Assembly (NCBI GenBank): GCA_963736855.1
Contig: CAVTQK010000021.1
Coordinates: 256,001 to 320,000 of the forward strand
Direction: 5' to 3'
DNA length: 64,000 bases
Origin: an uncultured delta proteobacterium
GTDB taxonomy: Bacteria > Desulfobacterota > Desulfobacteria > Desulfobacterales > UBA2156
A model generated the notes under the pieces. The model saw nothing but the letters and a program-made list of their open reading frames with translations, was not told where the DNA came from and made no database searches. Below, piece after piece: positions 1 through 9,026 of the stretch; the first letter of the stretch is position 1; every line of letters begins with the position of its first letter. Made by a program: the position numbers and the translations under genes.

Positions 1-408
1 TTCGTAAAGAAGAATCCTCCTCAGCTCCGGATGCCCCTTGAAGGTGATCCCGTACATATCGAACACTTCCCGTTCGAACCAATCGGCGGCGACCCAGACG
101 GAAACAATGGAGTCGATCGTGCAATCGGACTCGGAAACCCCCGCCTTGATCCGCACCCGTCGGTTATGTTTCAAGGAATACATATGGTAGACGACTTCGA
201 ACCGAGGCTCTCTGCCCAGGTAATCCACCGCCGTTAGATCCATCATGAAGTTGTAAAGAAGCTCTTCATCATCCCTCAGGAACATGCAGATTTCGAGGAT
301 ATCTTGCTTCTTTACAATCGCGGTGTCGTCGCCTCGATAGGACCGGGTTTCCAGGATCGAGCCGGAAAACCGTTGTGCCAGCTTTTTAAGGGTCACGCTT
401 GCATCCAT
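1..408 (-). CDS. nuoC: NADH-quinone oxidoreductase subunit C (runs off window start)
   Basis: Not in the ORF track. Manual translation from ATG at 408: MDASVTLKKL...DLTAVDYLGREPRFEVVYHMYS...ADWFEREVFDMYGITFKGHPELRRILLYE, carrying NuoC motifs; follows nuoB. Confidence 0.95.
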   Translation of the reverse strand, partial: MDASVTLKKLAQRFSGSILETRSYRGDDTAIVKKQDILEICMFLRDDEELLYNFMMDLTAVDYLGREPRFEVVYHMYSLKHNRRVRIKAGVSESDCTIDSIVSVWVAADWFEREVFDMYGITFKGHPELRRILLYE

Positions 409-429
409 GAACGAAAACTTCCTAAGGGT

Positions 430-1014
430 TCATTCCTGCTTCTTCAACATCGAAGTCACCGGCGCCGCACCGCGCGGCCAATCGGACCAGCGTTCCTTGG
501 CGACCTTCTCCTGCAGCGTCAGCAGGCCGTCCAGCACCATTTCCGGCCGCGGCGGACAACCCGGCACATACACGTCCACCGGAATCAAGGTATCGATCCC
601 CTGCACCACCGAGTAATTGTCGTAAAATCCACCGGATATCGCGCATACTCCAAACGCGAACACCCATTTCGGCTCGGCCATCTGATTGTACACCTTGACC
701 AGAATAGGAGCCTGCTTGTGACTGATCGTGCCGACCACCATCAGCAGGTCGGCCTGGCGCGGAGAAAACCGCGGCAATGCGGCGCCAAAACGGTCCAGGT
801 CGTACTTGGGGCCGGCCACGGACATGAATTCCATGCCGCAACAGGCCGTCACAAAAGGATAAAGGAAGAAGGAATACTTTCTGCTCCAATTGACGGCGGC
901 CTGCAGTTTGGTCAGAACCACGCTGCCGTCCAAAAGCCGTTCGGGGCCGGCCGAAGCGGACCCGCTTGGGATGGCCTTCTGAGAGGCGCCACTTTTTCCC
1001 AGCGTTATTCCCAT
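430..1014 (-). CDS. nuoB: NADH-quinone oxidoreductase subunit B
   Basis: TACCGMEF, FSPRQAD, GVCAISGG, YVPGCPPRPE motifs. Start placed at ATG 1014, overlapping the nuoA end. Confidence 0.95.
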   Translation of the reverse strand: MGITLGKSGASQKAIPSGSASAGPERLLDGSVVLTKLQAAVNWSRKYSFFLYPFVTACCGMEFMSVAGPKYDLDRFGAALPRFSPRQADLLMVVGTISHKQAPILVKVYNQMAEPKWVFAFGVCAISGGFYDNYSVVQGIDTLIPVDVYVPGCPPRPEMVLDGLLTLQEKVAKERWSDWPRGAAPVTSMLKKQE

Positions 1015-1358
1015 TCCAACGCCCCCCTTCTCCACACGTAAATCAAGCCGATCGTCAGAATGAAGATGAATATCATCATTTCAACGAAGCCGAACCAGCC
1101 GAGATTTTTGAACAGCACCGCCCACGGATAGACGAAAACTGCTTCAATATCGAAGATGACGAAGAACAGCGCCACCAGATAAAATTTTACCGAAAACCGC
1201 TGCTTCGAAGAAACGATCGGACTCTCCCCGCATTCAAAAGGCTCCATCTTGTCTGCGAATTTCTTCTTGGGGCCAATCAGGGAGGTGGCTACAATCATTC
1301 CCGCAGCCGTCGCCGCCGCCAGGAACAACATGATCAAGACAGGTATATATTCGCTCAT
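1005..1358 (-). CDS. nuoA: NADH-quinone oxidoreductase subunit A
   Basis: PFECG loop, FYLVALFFVIFDIE, C-terminal GALEWE, three hydrophobic segments. Confidence 0.95.
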   Translation of the reverse strand: MSEYIPVLIMLFLAAATAAGMIVATSLIGPKKKFADKMEPFECGESPIVSSKQRFSVKFYLVALFFVIFDIEAVFVYPWAVLFKNLGWFGFVEMMIFIFILTIGLIYVWRRGALEWE

Positions 1359-1578
1359 TCCCTCAATCCGATTTCGAGCTCTTCCCGGTTATATCGATCA
1401 TCATCCCGCGTCTATTTGGACCGCCATGCTACCTTCTCAAGCAAACCCTGCAACTGAGTTACACCCACCATCGACACCAGCAACTCAGTATCCGGAAGCT
1501 TTTCCTCCATTCACAGCAGCAACACCAGGGAACCAGTCGCCCAACGCCATCAACAAAAACTCATTTCGTGATGCGTGC

Positions 1579-1607
1579 CATATACCGGGCATCGGGACCA
1601 TGGTCAA
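1579..1607 (-). promoter_or_regulatory. sigma70-type promoter for the nuo operon
   Basis: Minus strand TTGACC (1607-1602), 17 nt spacer, TATATG (1584-1579). Confidence 0.6.
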
Positions 1608-1621
1608 GAAATATTTCACGA
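1604..1621. promoter_or_regulatory. Rex-like operator overlapping the nuo -35 element
   Basis: Minus strand TCGTGAAATATTTCTTGA, close to the palindromic Rex consensus TTGTGAAnnnnTTCACAA. Confidence 0.55.
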
Positions 1622-1938
1622 TCACCGGTGCAAAAAAATACCACTTTCCGGTCCCCCGATCTTGACCATCCGTGTATGAAATTTTCTCCGATCACGGCTT
1701 GAGATCCTTGTTATAAAGGCACGCTTTAAGGGGTCAGCGGTTGCCTGAGGGCTTGATTGTGGTCCGGCTGTTCGCTTGCCCTAATGTATTAGGAACGGTG
1801 CTTCGCCCTCGACAACGGTCAGACCGATAGCACCCACTTCCGTGGTTGTCAACAATGAACATGCGTCCTGTAGAGAACAAATAAGCTATCCGGATTTATA
1901 ACGCATAAACTGTCCGGTTCATGAAGTCACCGATGAGG

Positions 1939-2508
1939 TCACAGATACTTCTTTCCGACCTCAAACGCTTTTCCAATGAATGCTCCAATACCATTATAAC
2001 GCTGGCCCTCAGGGCTATAGACAATGGGTTGAATTTTATTGATATCCGGCTTCCCATCATCACCGAGCATGCTTTCATCTACCTTAACATCTAAAATCTC
2101 GCCCACGAAGTGGGTGTGTAACCCGATTTCATAGTGATGAATCACCCTGCATTCTAAAATCATCGGAAATTCCCCCACATATGGTGCATCGACCATCTCA
2201 GATTTGACCGGTGTGAGACCGGTTTTCTTGAATTTATCCTCATTCCGGCCAGATGCCATACCAAAATAATCAGCTTCATGAATATATTGGACTGAAGGAA
2301 CACTCAATGTGTATGCCTGTTTATTTATGATATTGCCATAGGTATAGGTGGCTTTGCGAAGGGAAATGGTTACACATGGCGGTTTGGAACAACAAATGCC
2401 TCCCCACGCAATGGTCATTACGTTGGGATTGCCGCCGGTGTTGTAAGAGCCCACGCACCAGACTGGTGTGGGAAAGATGAGCGTTTTTGCTCCAAATGAT
2501 TTTTTCAT
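1939..2508 (-). CDS. flavin reductase family protein (flavoredoxin-like)
   Basis: PTPVWCVGSY, NVMTIAWGGICCSKPP, ADYFGMASGR, LECRV...HTHFVGEI. Confidence 0.9.
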   Translation of the reverse strand: MKKSFGAKTLIFPTPVWCVGSYNTGGNPNVMTIAWGGICCSKPPCVTISLRKATYTYGNIINKQAYTLSVPSVQYIHEADYFGMASGRNEDKFKKTGLTPVKSEMVDAPYVGEFPMILECRVIHHYEIGLHTHFVGEILDVKVDESMLGDDGKPDINKIQPIVYSPEGQRYNGIGAFIGKAFEVGKKYL

Positions 2509-2599
2509 GTGGTTCCATCCTTTTTGGATAATGCAATTGATGTTTAAAGTAAAAACATATTATAAAGTCGGAGTCATAAATTTCAATCATGCAGAGTTT

Positions 2600-2752
2600 G
2601 ATGAACTCGTAAAAAGTCGAAAATCAGATTGCAAAGTAAAAAGTTCAAGTTCAAGGCGTCGCGAATCCCGTGTGATGAGTCGTACTTATCGTACGTCGAA
2701 ATCGCAATGGGATGAAGCGCAACGCAGAAATTGGACTTTTTACGAAGCCATC
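2600..2752. mobile_element. MITE, 153 bp, non-coding
   Basis: TIRs GATGAACTCGTAAAAAGTC and (reverse complement) GATGGCTTCGTAAAAAGTC match 16/19. Flanked by direct repeat AGAGTTT at 2593-2599 and 2753-2759. Confidence 0.8.
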
Positions 2753-2867
2753 AGAGTTTGAAAATTCAAAATCCGGACAAAGTTTAACCCAGGTATCGAA
2801 TTTTCAAAATGAGCTTGATAATCATAAGAATACAAAGCCAAGCAGGTGTGGACCCTTTTGGCGACGA

Positions 2868-2996
2868 TTATTTTTCCCGGCTCTTTTTTATGGCGGCAAA
2901 GATATTTTGAAAGGTGCCGACCACGGCAAAAGCCAGCACGCCGAAGATTGCAGCTTTGATAATCCAATCGGATATGCTCATGTTTGAAAAATCCAT
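2868..2996 (-). CDS. small single-pass membrane protein, 42 aa
   Basis: Below the ORF-track cutoff. MDFSNMSISDWIIKAAIFGVLAFAVVGTFQNIFAAIKKSREK, with AAGGA upstream, one TM helix and a basic tail. Confidence 0.55.
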   Translation of the reverse strand: MDFSNMSISDWIIKAAIFGVLAFAVVGTFQNIFAAIKKSREK

Positions 2997-3240
2997 AAAG
3001 TTGCTTCCTTTTCAAATCAAAGCCGCTGGTTCCTGCCCGTCAATCTCAAACGCCTTTTTCGCCGTAGGACGACGAATTACTATGGAGCATGTTTTGTGGG
3101 AATGGTTTTACCTTTTGACTCATATCCTTTATATCATAGGCGTTCCTTCACCGGAATTATTATTCGCTGATCTTTACCCTGCTGTTGCAAAAACCGAGGA
3201 TGCCCCAGATCCAATGCGTCCAAGGGCGAAGCCGTAGTAT

Positions 3241-3600
3241 TTACTCCTGCTTGGCAGGGGCCTGTTTCTTTTCTTTGGACTTTTTCTCTTTCTTTACGGT
3301 TTTGGCAGCGGCTTTTTTAGCGGTGGGGGCCTCGACCGGTTCGCTGGCCTGCTTTTTCTTAGCGGCCGCCTTTTCCTCTTTGTGTTGCAGCTTCTGGGCG
3401 ATGAGCTTTTCCTGGGCCGTCACCTGTGTCAGCCGACGATTGGCCTTGCGAATATCGGCTTTCAGTTTTCTGACCAGCACATCCTTTTCAATCGTTGGCT
3501 GGCCAGCGCCTTGAGTTTTAAGCAGGGCGATGCGGGCGGCAAGGTTCTGCTGTGCAACTTGTTTGTGGTGTTCTTCATACAGTTTAGCTTTAAGGTTCAT
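3241..3600 (-). CDS. hypothetical Lys/Ala-rich basic protein
   Basis: AAGGAG RBS before ATG 3600; helical N-terminal part and KKAAAKTVKKEKK tail; has its own promoter. Confidence 0.75.
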   Translation of the reverse strand: MNLKAKLYEEHHKQVAQQNLAARIALLKTQGAGQPTIEKDVLVRKLKADIRKANRRLTQVTAQEKLIAQKLQHKEEKAAAKKKQASEPVEAPTAKKAAAKTVKKEKKSKEKKQAPAKQE

Positions 3601-3651
3601 TGTATTCTCCTTAAGGTATCTGAGCGGCATCTTGTTGAAAAGATTGTCGAT

Positions 3652-3680
3652 ATACTAAACCGGCCATTTATTCTTGTCAA
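3652..3680 (-). promoter_or_regulatory. sigma70-type promoter
   Basis: Minus strand TTGACA, 17 nt spacer, TAGTAT, upstream of the 3600 start. Confidence 0.6.
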
Positions 3681-3734
3681 TGGCTATCCGGCGGGGGCGG
3701 AAGGGCTCAATCGGTTGACGCCCAGCATTGTTTT

Positions 3735-4127
3735 TTAAATCTCATCTTTCATCTTTTTTATCAGCGCCTCTAACTCCGCCAAGGGTTTGTGATCGAAAGA
3801 TAACGGCTGTTCGCGGTCCGATGAGGATGTATCGTAGGCATCTGCCACTGCCTGGCGGGCATGTTCGTTGTCGTGGCAGTAAAGGCAAAGCAACTCCCAG
3901 TTGCTGCCGTCGGGAGGGTTGTTGTCATGGTTGTGATCTTTGTGGTGCACCGTGAGCTCGCGCAACCGTTTGCCCGAAAATTCCCGACCGCAACGAGCGC
4001 AGATCGACGGGAACAGTTTCAGTGCCCGTTCCCGATAGCTCTTTTCCTGTTGTTCCCTGTGGCGTCGTGCCTCGGCAACGATTTGGTCTAGTCGCTGGCC
4101 ATCGGATGATCTCTTTTTGGGGTGCAT
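3735..4127 (-). CDS. yajD: YajD family HNH nuclease
   Basis: YRERALK..CARCGREF...LTVHHKDHNHDNNPPDGSNWELLCLYCHDNEH is the YajD-type signature. Confidence 0.85.
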   Translation of the reverse strand: MHPKKRSSDGQRLDQIVAEARRHREQQEKSYRERALKLFPSICARCGREFSGKRLRELTVHHKDHNHDNNPPDGSNWELLCLYCHDNEHARQAVADAYDTSSSDREQPLSFDHKPLAELEALIKKMKDEI

Positions 4128-4379
4128 TGAATTCTCCTACATGGATGATTGTGCGCCTTCTGCTGGTTACTCCCGGTGCTTGTGGTCCCTTTGTTTAACT
4201 CAGCTTCGGCAGTTTCGTGTATGTTTCCTTGTGCTGGGTTATCAACCCGTTGATGTTGTCGGATTCGTTTTTAGACCCATCAGCGACTCTTTATGATCGA
4301 AAGCTCTCATCCGGCTTGAGTCGATGAGAGGATGGTAAAGCCTGAATCCAAAAGCAGTCTACGGCATCGCCACGAAGGC

Positions 4380-6353
4380 CTATTCAAGCGAATCCTTTCG
4401 GAATTTCTGAGAGATGATCGTTGCAATTATCAGGGTGATGCCGATGGCATCGTAGAGTGCAGCAGGGTAGATCAGCAGAAGGCCGCCGGCGATCAGCATG
4501 AGACGCTCGTATAGGGTGGTTCTTTTGAAGAGCCAGTTTTCCACCCCTCCGGCCAGTGCCGTAAGTCCAATGAAGGAGGTCACCACGGTCCAGACCACAT
4601 CCAAAGGTTGACCCTTGAGAAGCAGGCCGACGCCTTTGGGGTCCAGGGTGAACATGAAGGGGACCACAAAGGCAGGAAGGGTGTATTTCCAGGCATAGAT
4701 GGTCGTCTTGTATGGATTCCCACCTGTCAGAGCCGCTGCCGCGAAACAGGAAAGGGCTGTGGGAGGAGAAACCTCGGAAAGGATGGCATAATAGAAAACA
4801 AACATGTGGGCAGCATAATCCGGAACTCCGAGAAGAATGAGGGCCGGAGCAGCGATGACCGCGGAGATAATATAGGAGGCCGTTACCGGGACAGCCAGCC
4901 CGATGACCCAGACGATCAGTGCCGTATAGATCGCGGTCAGGAGGAGGCTTCCTCCTGCGTAGGAAATAATGATGGAACTGAACTTCAGGCCCAAACCGGT
5001 TAATGTGACCACCCCCACGATAATCCCGGCCGCGGCGCAGGTCGAGGCCACGCTGAGAACCCCGATGGATCCTCCTCTCAAAGCCCGAATGAGTTTTCTT
5101 GGGTAAAGGGCCGTGTCTTTTCGGATGAAACTTGCGGCAAAGGCAATGACGGTAGCCCAGAAAACCGCCAAAATAGGCGTATACCCCACCAGCATGATGA
5201 CCACAATCGCGATCAAGGACAGGAAATGGAAGCCATAGAGATAGGTAAGCCGACCGATCGTATAGGTCTTGTCAAAGGTTACCTGCTTAGCCCCAAACTT
5301 CTTGGCATCCAGCTCCACCATGAGAAAGATGGACCAATAGTAGAGGCAGGTCGGGATCGTTGCCATGAGGATGACATCCAGGTAGGTGAGCTTGAGGAAC
5401 TCGGCAATGAGAAAAGCGGCTGCGCCGAGAACAGGAGGGGAGAGGATGGCCCCGATGCCGCCCGCAGCAAGGAGACCTCCTGCGGCATCCTTACTGTAGC
5501 CCGCCTTGGCGAGCATGGGGTAGGCCACCGATCCCAAGGTCACTGTGGTCGCTACGCCGCTCCCGGAAGGGCCGCCCAGAAGAAAAGAGGCGAGGGTAAC
5601 GGTTCGCCCCGCGCTGCTCGGCTTTCCGCCCATGGCGGCAAGGGAGAAATCGATGAAGAATTTTCCGGCTCCGGAGAACTCCAGGAAAGCTCCGTAAATG
5701 GTGAAAAGGATGATAAATGTGGATGAGACGTCAATGGGAACACCGAAGATGCCCTCGAGGGTCATGTACATGTGCCCTACGATGCGGCCGATATCATAAC
5801 CCCGGTGGGTCCAGGGTTTCGGCAGTTCCTGCCCGACCATGGCGTAAACCAAAAAGGCGATGACGATGGCCGGCATGATCCAACCCGAAGTTCTCCGGGT
5901 TGCTTCGAGTACCAACAGAATGAGAATGATCCCGAAAAACTGGTCCCAGAAGGTGGGCACGACCGAGCGGTAAATAAAGTCCTCGAAATCAACAAGCATG
6001 TAAGCGACGACGGCGATGCCGAGGATGGAGAGGAGAACATCAATCCAGAGGATGCGGTTCTTCAGGCCTTTCATGGAAGGAAAGACCAAGAAGGTCAGGA
6101 AGAGGACAAACATGACATGGATGCCCCTGAGAATCTGGGTCATCACGATGCCCGCAGCCGCGTAGAGGTGAAAGAGGGACATCCCGACCGCTACCGCCGT
6201 GACGAAGAGGTCCGTTTTCCCCGACAATCTTCGGGATGGGCCCTCTTCTTCCTCAATGTATTTTTCCGCTTTCTTCAGGGCATCTTCTGATATGATCTCT
6301 TCCTCAGAGTCGGTCTTCCGCTTTTCTTCCACCGCTCTTCCCCTTTTTATCAC
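4380..6353 (-). CDS. TRAP transporter fused 4TM/12TM permease (TAXI type)
   Basis: 657 aa polytopic; EGIFGVP, FGAFLEFSGAG-like segment, SEVSPP, PAFVVPFMF; adjacent to the TAXI binding protein. Confidence 0.92.
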   Translation of the reverse strand: MIKRGRAVEEKRKTDSEEEIISEDALKKAEKYIEEEEGPSRRLSGKTDLFVTAVAVGMSLFHLYAAAGIVMTQILRGIHVMFVLFLTFLVFPSMKGLKNRILWIDVLLSILGIAVVAYMLVDFEDFIYRSVVPTFWDQFFGIILILLVLEATRRTSGWIMPAIVIAFLVYAMVGQELPKPWTHRGYDIGRIVGHMYMTLEGIFGVPIDVSSTFIILFTIYGAFLEFSGAGKFFIDFSLAAMGGKPSSAGRTVTLASFLLGGPSGSGVATTVTLGSVAYPMLAKAGYSKDAAGGLLAAGGIGAILSPPVLGAAAFLIAEFLKLTYLDVILMATIPTCLYYWSIFLMVELDAKKFGAKQVTFDKTYTIGRLTYLYGFHFLSLIAIVVIMLVGYTPILAVFWATVIAFAASFIRKDTALYPRKLIRALRGGSIGVLSVASTCAAAGIIVGVVTLTGLGLKFSSIIISYAGGSLLLTAIYTALIVWVIGLAVPVTASYIISAVIAAPALILLGVPDYAAHMFVFYYAILSEVSPPTALSCFAAAALTGGNPYKTTIYAWKYTLPAFVVPFMFTLDPKGVGLLLKGQPLDVVWTVVTSFIGLTALAGGVENWLFKRTTLYERLMLIAGGLLLIYPAALYDAIGITLIIATIISQKFRKDSLE

Positions 6354-6868
6354 GGCTTCTTTATGGATGCATCGAGGTCCTGGCGGCGAAATATTCCGGA
6401 TCGAAGAAAGAATGCGAGCGAAACATCCTCCACACAGATCTGAATCCGATCTCCCCGGTTTCCCAGGGCGTGCAAGTCGATAATTTTATCGCCGATCCTG
6501 AGACTTTGATCTTGTCTCATACTTGCTTTAATCCAAAAAGCCTGCCCTAAATTTCTGTTCATGGTTTGAACCGGTCCGGAGCCATCAAAACCGTAATACT
6601 CCATCACGGCAGGAGAAGCGGTTCTCACCGCCTTCAGAACAATGTCGCCTTTCTTCACTTCGAATACTTCTTCGACGGGAGCGTTGTATATGGAGTTGGT
6701 GTAGCACAGGGTCATCTGCTCTGAAGGGGCCACGTTAAAATAAAAGGAATTCCGATCATCCGGATTTCTCAAGGCAAGAACCGTGATGGTCTTTGAAAAA
6801 AGAAAAACCCCTCCCGCTGCGATCAAGAAGACTATCCACGCGAAGAGGGGCCGGATTTTCTTTTTCAA
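6350..6868 (-). CDS. DUF1850-like TAXI-TRAP accessory protein
   Basis: N-terminal TM and YTNSIYNAPVEEVF motif; sits between the TAXI SBP and the permease. Confidence 0.7.
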   Translation of the reverse strand: MKKKIRPLFAWIVFLIAAGGVFLFSKTITVLALRNPDDRNSFYFNVAPSEQMTLCYTNSIYNAPVEEVFEVKKGDIVLKAVRTASPAVMEYYGFDGSGPVQTMNRNLGQAFWIKASMRQDQSLRIGDKIIDLHALGNRGDRIQICVEDVSLAFFLRSGIFRRQDLDASIKKP

Positions 6869-7828
6869 TTACTTCAGGTTCAGTCCTTTCTCTTTGAAAT
6901 ACTTGATTGCACCAGGATGGAAGGGAAGGGGTGATCCGTCCACCTGGGGCTCCAATGCGAGCTCCTCAGCCATTCTGTGAACCGCCACCAGTTCCGGTTT
7001 GTGCTCAAAAAGAGTCTTCACGATGTCATAGGCGACCGTGTCCTTCATGTCTTTGTTGCAGATGAGCAGGTTCGACACCCGGGCGATGCTCACGTCCTGA
7101 TCTTGGCCCGGATACATCTTGGCCGGGATAACACCCTTGAAATAGAGGGGCCCGTATTTCTCTGTCATTTTAGGGACGGCGTCCGCATGGGATATAAGTT
7201 TGATTTTGACGCCGGGCGTGGCGCCGAGGTCGGTTACCGAAGCGGTCGGCAGACCCCCGTCCCAGAAATAGGCATCAATTTTGCCGTCCTTGAGCGCACC
7301 CGCAGACTCCGAAGCACCCAATCGATCCCGGGTCATGTCTTTATCGGGATCAAGGCCGTAGGCTTCGAGAACTCTGAGGGCCTTCACCTCTGTTCCACTT
7401 CCCGGGGAGCCTGTAGAAACCCTCTTGCCTTTCAGGTCTGGGACCTTGTCGATCCCCTTTCCTTGGAGAGTAACGACGTGCATGTTGTTGATATAGAGCA
7501 CGGCAAGAGTCATGATGGGAAGCTTTTCCTTGAACTTTCCTTTTCCCTCAAGGGCGTCCCATCCGACGTCGGCCATAATAAGAGCCATGTCGGCTTTCTT
7601 GGCACCCACCAGGAGGCAGTTGTCCACTGACGCCGACGTCACCTCTGCCGTCGCCTCGGCGTATGGAATGTGTTTTGAGATGATATTGGCCATCCCGCCA
7701 CCCATGGGGTAGTACACGCCGCCCGTACCGCCGGTGGCAATGGAAAGGCGGACCTGCTTTTGGGCAAAGGCAATGGAAACACAGAGCACCAAGAAAAAGG
7801 TCAATCCGACAGTGGCCACGCGCTTCAT
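6869..7828 (-). CDS. TAXI family TRAP solute-binding protein
   Basis: Signal peptide, IATGGTGGVYYPMG, SASVDN, GSPGSGTE, PFHPGAIKYF. Confidence 0.93.
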   Translation of the reverse strand: MKRVATVGLTFFLVLCVSIAFAQKQVRLSIATGGTGGVYYPMGGGMANIISKHIPYAEATAEVTSASVDNCLLVGAKKADMALIMADVGWDALEGKGKFKEKLPIMTLAVLYINNMHVVTLQGKGIDKVPDLKGKRVSTGSPGSGTEVKALRVLEAYGLDPDKDMTRDRLGASESAGALKDGKIDAYFWDGGLPTASVTDLGATPGVKIKLISHADAVPKMTEKYGPLYFKGVIPAKMYPGQDQDVSIARVSNLLICNKDMKDTVAYDIVKTLFEHKPELVAVHRMAEELALEPQVDGSPLPFHPGAIKYFKEKGLNLK

Positions 7829-7923
7829 GGGGAAACCTCCTTGTCTCTTTGGCTGTTAAAGATGTTTTGGGGGGATTGAAAAGGCCTGGCTGTTTCAAGC
7901 ATCCTATATAATATAAATGTAAA

Positions 7924-7952
7924 AAACTACAAAGACTGTCGGAGTGTGTCAA
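7924..7952 (-). promoter_or_regulatory. sigma70-type promoter for the TAXI-TRAP operon
   Basis: Minus strand TTGACA (7952-7947), 17 nt spacer, TAGTTT (7929-7924). Confidence 0.55.
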
Positions 7953-8105
7953 CATAAAATTGCTGAGTTGTAGAGAAACGGGGCTCCTCCACGGAATACC
8001 GTCTTGCCCAGCGGGCCGATTATGTACCTGGAGATTCCAACGCACTCCGGCTGACACATCAATCCAAATAATCCCGTGTGTAGAGAACAAATAAACATTT
8101 TTCCC

Positions 8106-8171
8106 TTGACAGAACTTACCAGATATGTTCAATTCCCGAACGTACAAAAACTGAACGATCAATTTTATGAG
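8106..8171 (+). promoter_or_regulatory. promoter of the glycan locus with tandem 15-bp operator-like units
   Basis: TTGACA at 8106, then contiguous GTTCAATTCCCGAAC (8127-8141), GTACAAAAACTGAAC (8142-8156) and degenerate GATCAATTTTATGAG (8157-8171). Confidence 0.55.
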
Positions 8172-8255
8172 TTTTATCGGACGGATTTGACTCGAGTCCG
8201 ATGCAACCCACCAAGCGGAGCTTTTCTGCATCGCCCGTTCTCCCAAATAGATAAA

Positions 8256-8377
8256 GAGACCTTTGAAACACGACTCTTTCCCGTCATGCCGGACTTGATC
8301 AGGCATCCATAACATATTGAAATTACTGGATTCCGATTTTCACCGGAATGACAAATTTGGAATTATTCAAAGGTCTC
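8256..8377. mobile_element. MITE with IS5-like TIRs and an internal REP-like palindrome
   Basis: Perfect 12-bp TIR GAGACCTTTGAA / TTCAAAGGTCTC; internal GTCATGCCGGACTTGATCAGGCATCC...CCGGAATGAC hairpins. No clear TSD. Confidence 0.7.
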
Positions 8378-8412
8378 AACAAGCGATTTTTTCACATCAT
8401 CCCTGAATAATT

Positions 8413-8994
8413 ATGGATCACCGAGACCTACGAACGTTAAAGCTTCTTGAAGAGATCGAAAACAACCACGCCCCAAGCCAACGGGACCTGGCACGGAAGC
8501 TCAATATCTCGCTGGGGCTGGTGAATGCCTTCGTGAAGCGCCTGGCCCACAAGGGGTATTTCAAGATCACGACCATCCCCAAGAATCGGGTCATGTATAT
8601 CCTTACCCCAAAAGGGATAGCTGAAAAAACCCGCCTGACCTATGATTATATCCATTTTTCATTTCAGTTTTATCGGAAAGCCCGCGCCAAGCTCCAAGAC
8701 ATTTTCACCCGCATCGAGGAACAGGGAGGAGACAGCGTAATCTTCTACGGAGCAGGAGAACTGGCCGAAATCGCATTTATTTCCTTGCAGGAGACCGCGA
8801 TCCGTCTCGTCGCTGTTCTGGATGATGGTCGGACAGGGGAGTCTTTTCTTGGATTCACTCTGGAAAGTGTGGATGCCATCCGGAAATACGCTTTCGACAA
8901 AGTGGTTCTCACGGAGATGGAGACGGGGAACCAAAAGCTGGAAACACTTCTTTCAAAAGGGATCCCACATCATAAAATCGCGGTTATGGGATAA
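8413..8994 (+). CDS. winged helix-turn-helix regulator (MarR-like, polysaccharide-locus associated) with C-terminal Rossmann-like domain
   Basis: SQRDLARKLNISLGLVN..., YILTPKGIAEK, C-terminal FYGAGELAE; first gene of the glycan locus. Confidence 0.85.
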   Translation: MDHRDLRTLKLLEEIENNHAPSQRDLARKLNISLGLVNAFVKRLAHKGYFKITTIPKNRVMYILTPKGIAEKTRLTYDYIHFSFQFYRKARAKLQDIFTRIEEQGGDSVIFYGAGELAEIAFISLQETAIRLVAVLDDGRTGESFLGFTLESVDAIRKYAFDKVVLTEMETGNQKLETLLSKGIPHHKIAVMG

Positions 8995-9026
8995 ATCGCT
9001 TCAGAGGAGCATTGGGAAAAGAGCCG

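Noticed and set aside
304..1457. Plus-strand ORFs of 245 aa and 163 aa
   Set aside because: Antisense shadows of nuoB and nuoA with no recognisable motifs.
2468..3015. Several ORFs of about 90-100 aa around the MITE
   Set aside because: They read through the repeat; the 42-aa ORF with RBS and TM helix explains the coding signal better.
3735..4127. HNH protein as a defence or mobile nuclease
   Set aside because: Matches the conserved stand-alone YajD type; no methylase, cas or mobile context.
7548..8315. 255-aa minus-strand ORF starting MLWMPDQVRHD
   Set aside because: Begins inside the REP/MITE, crosses two promoter regions and overlaps the TAXI gene out of frame.
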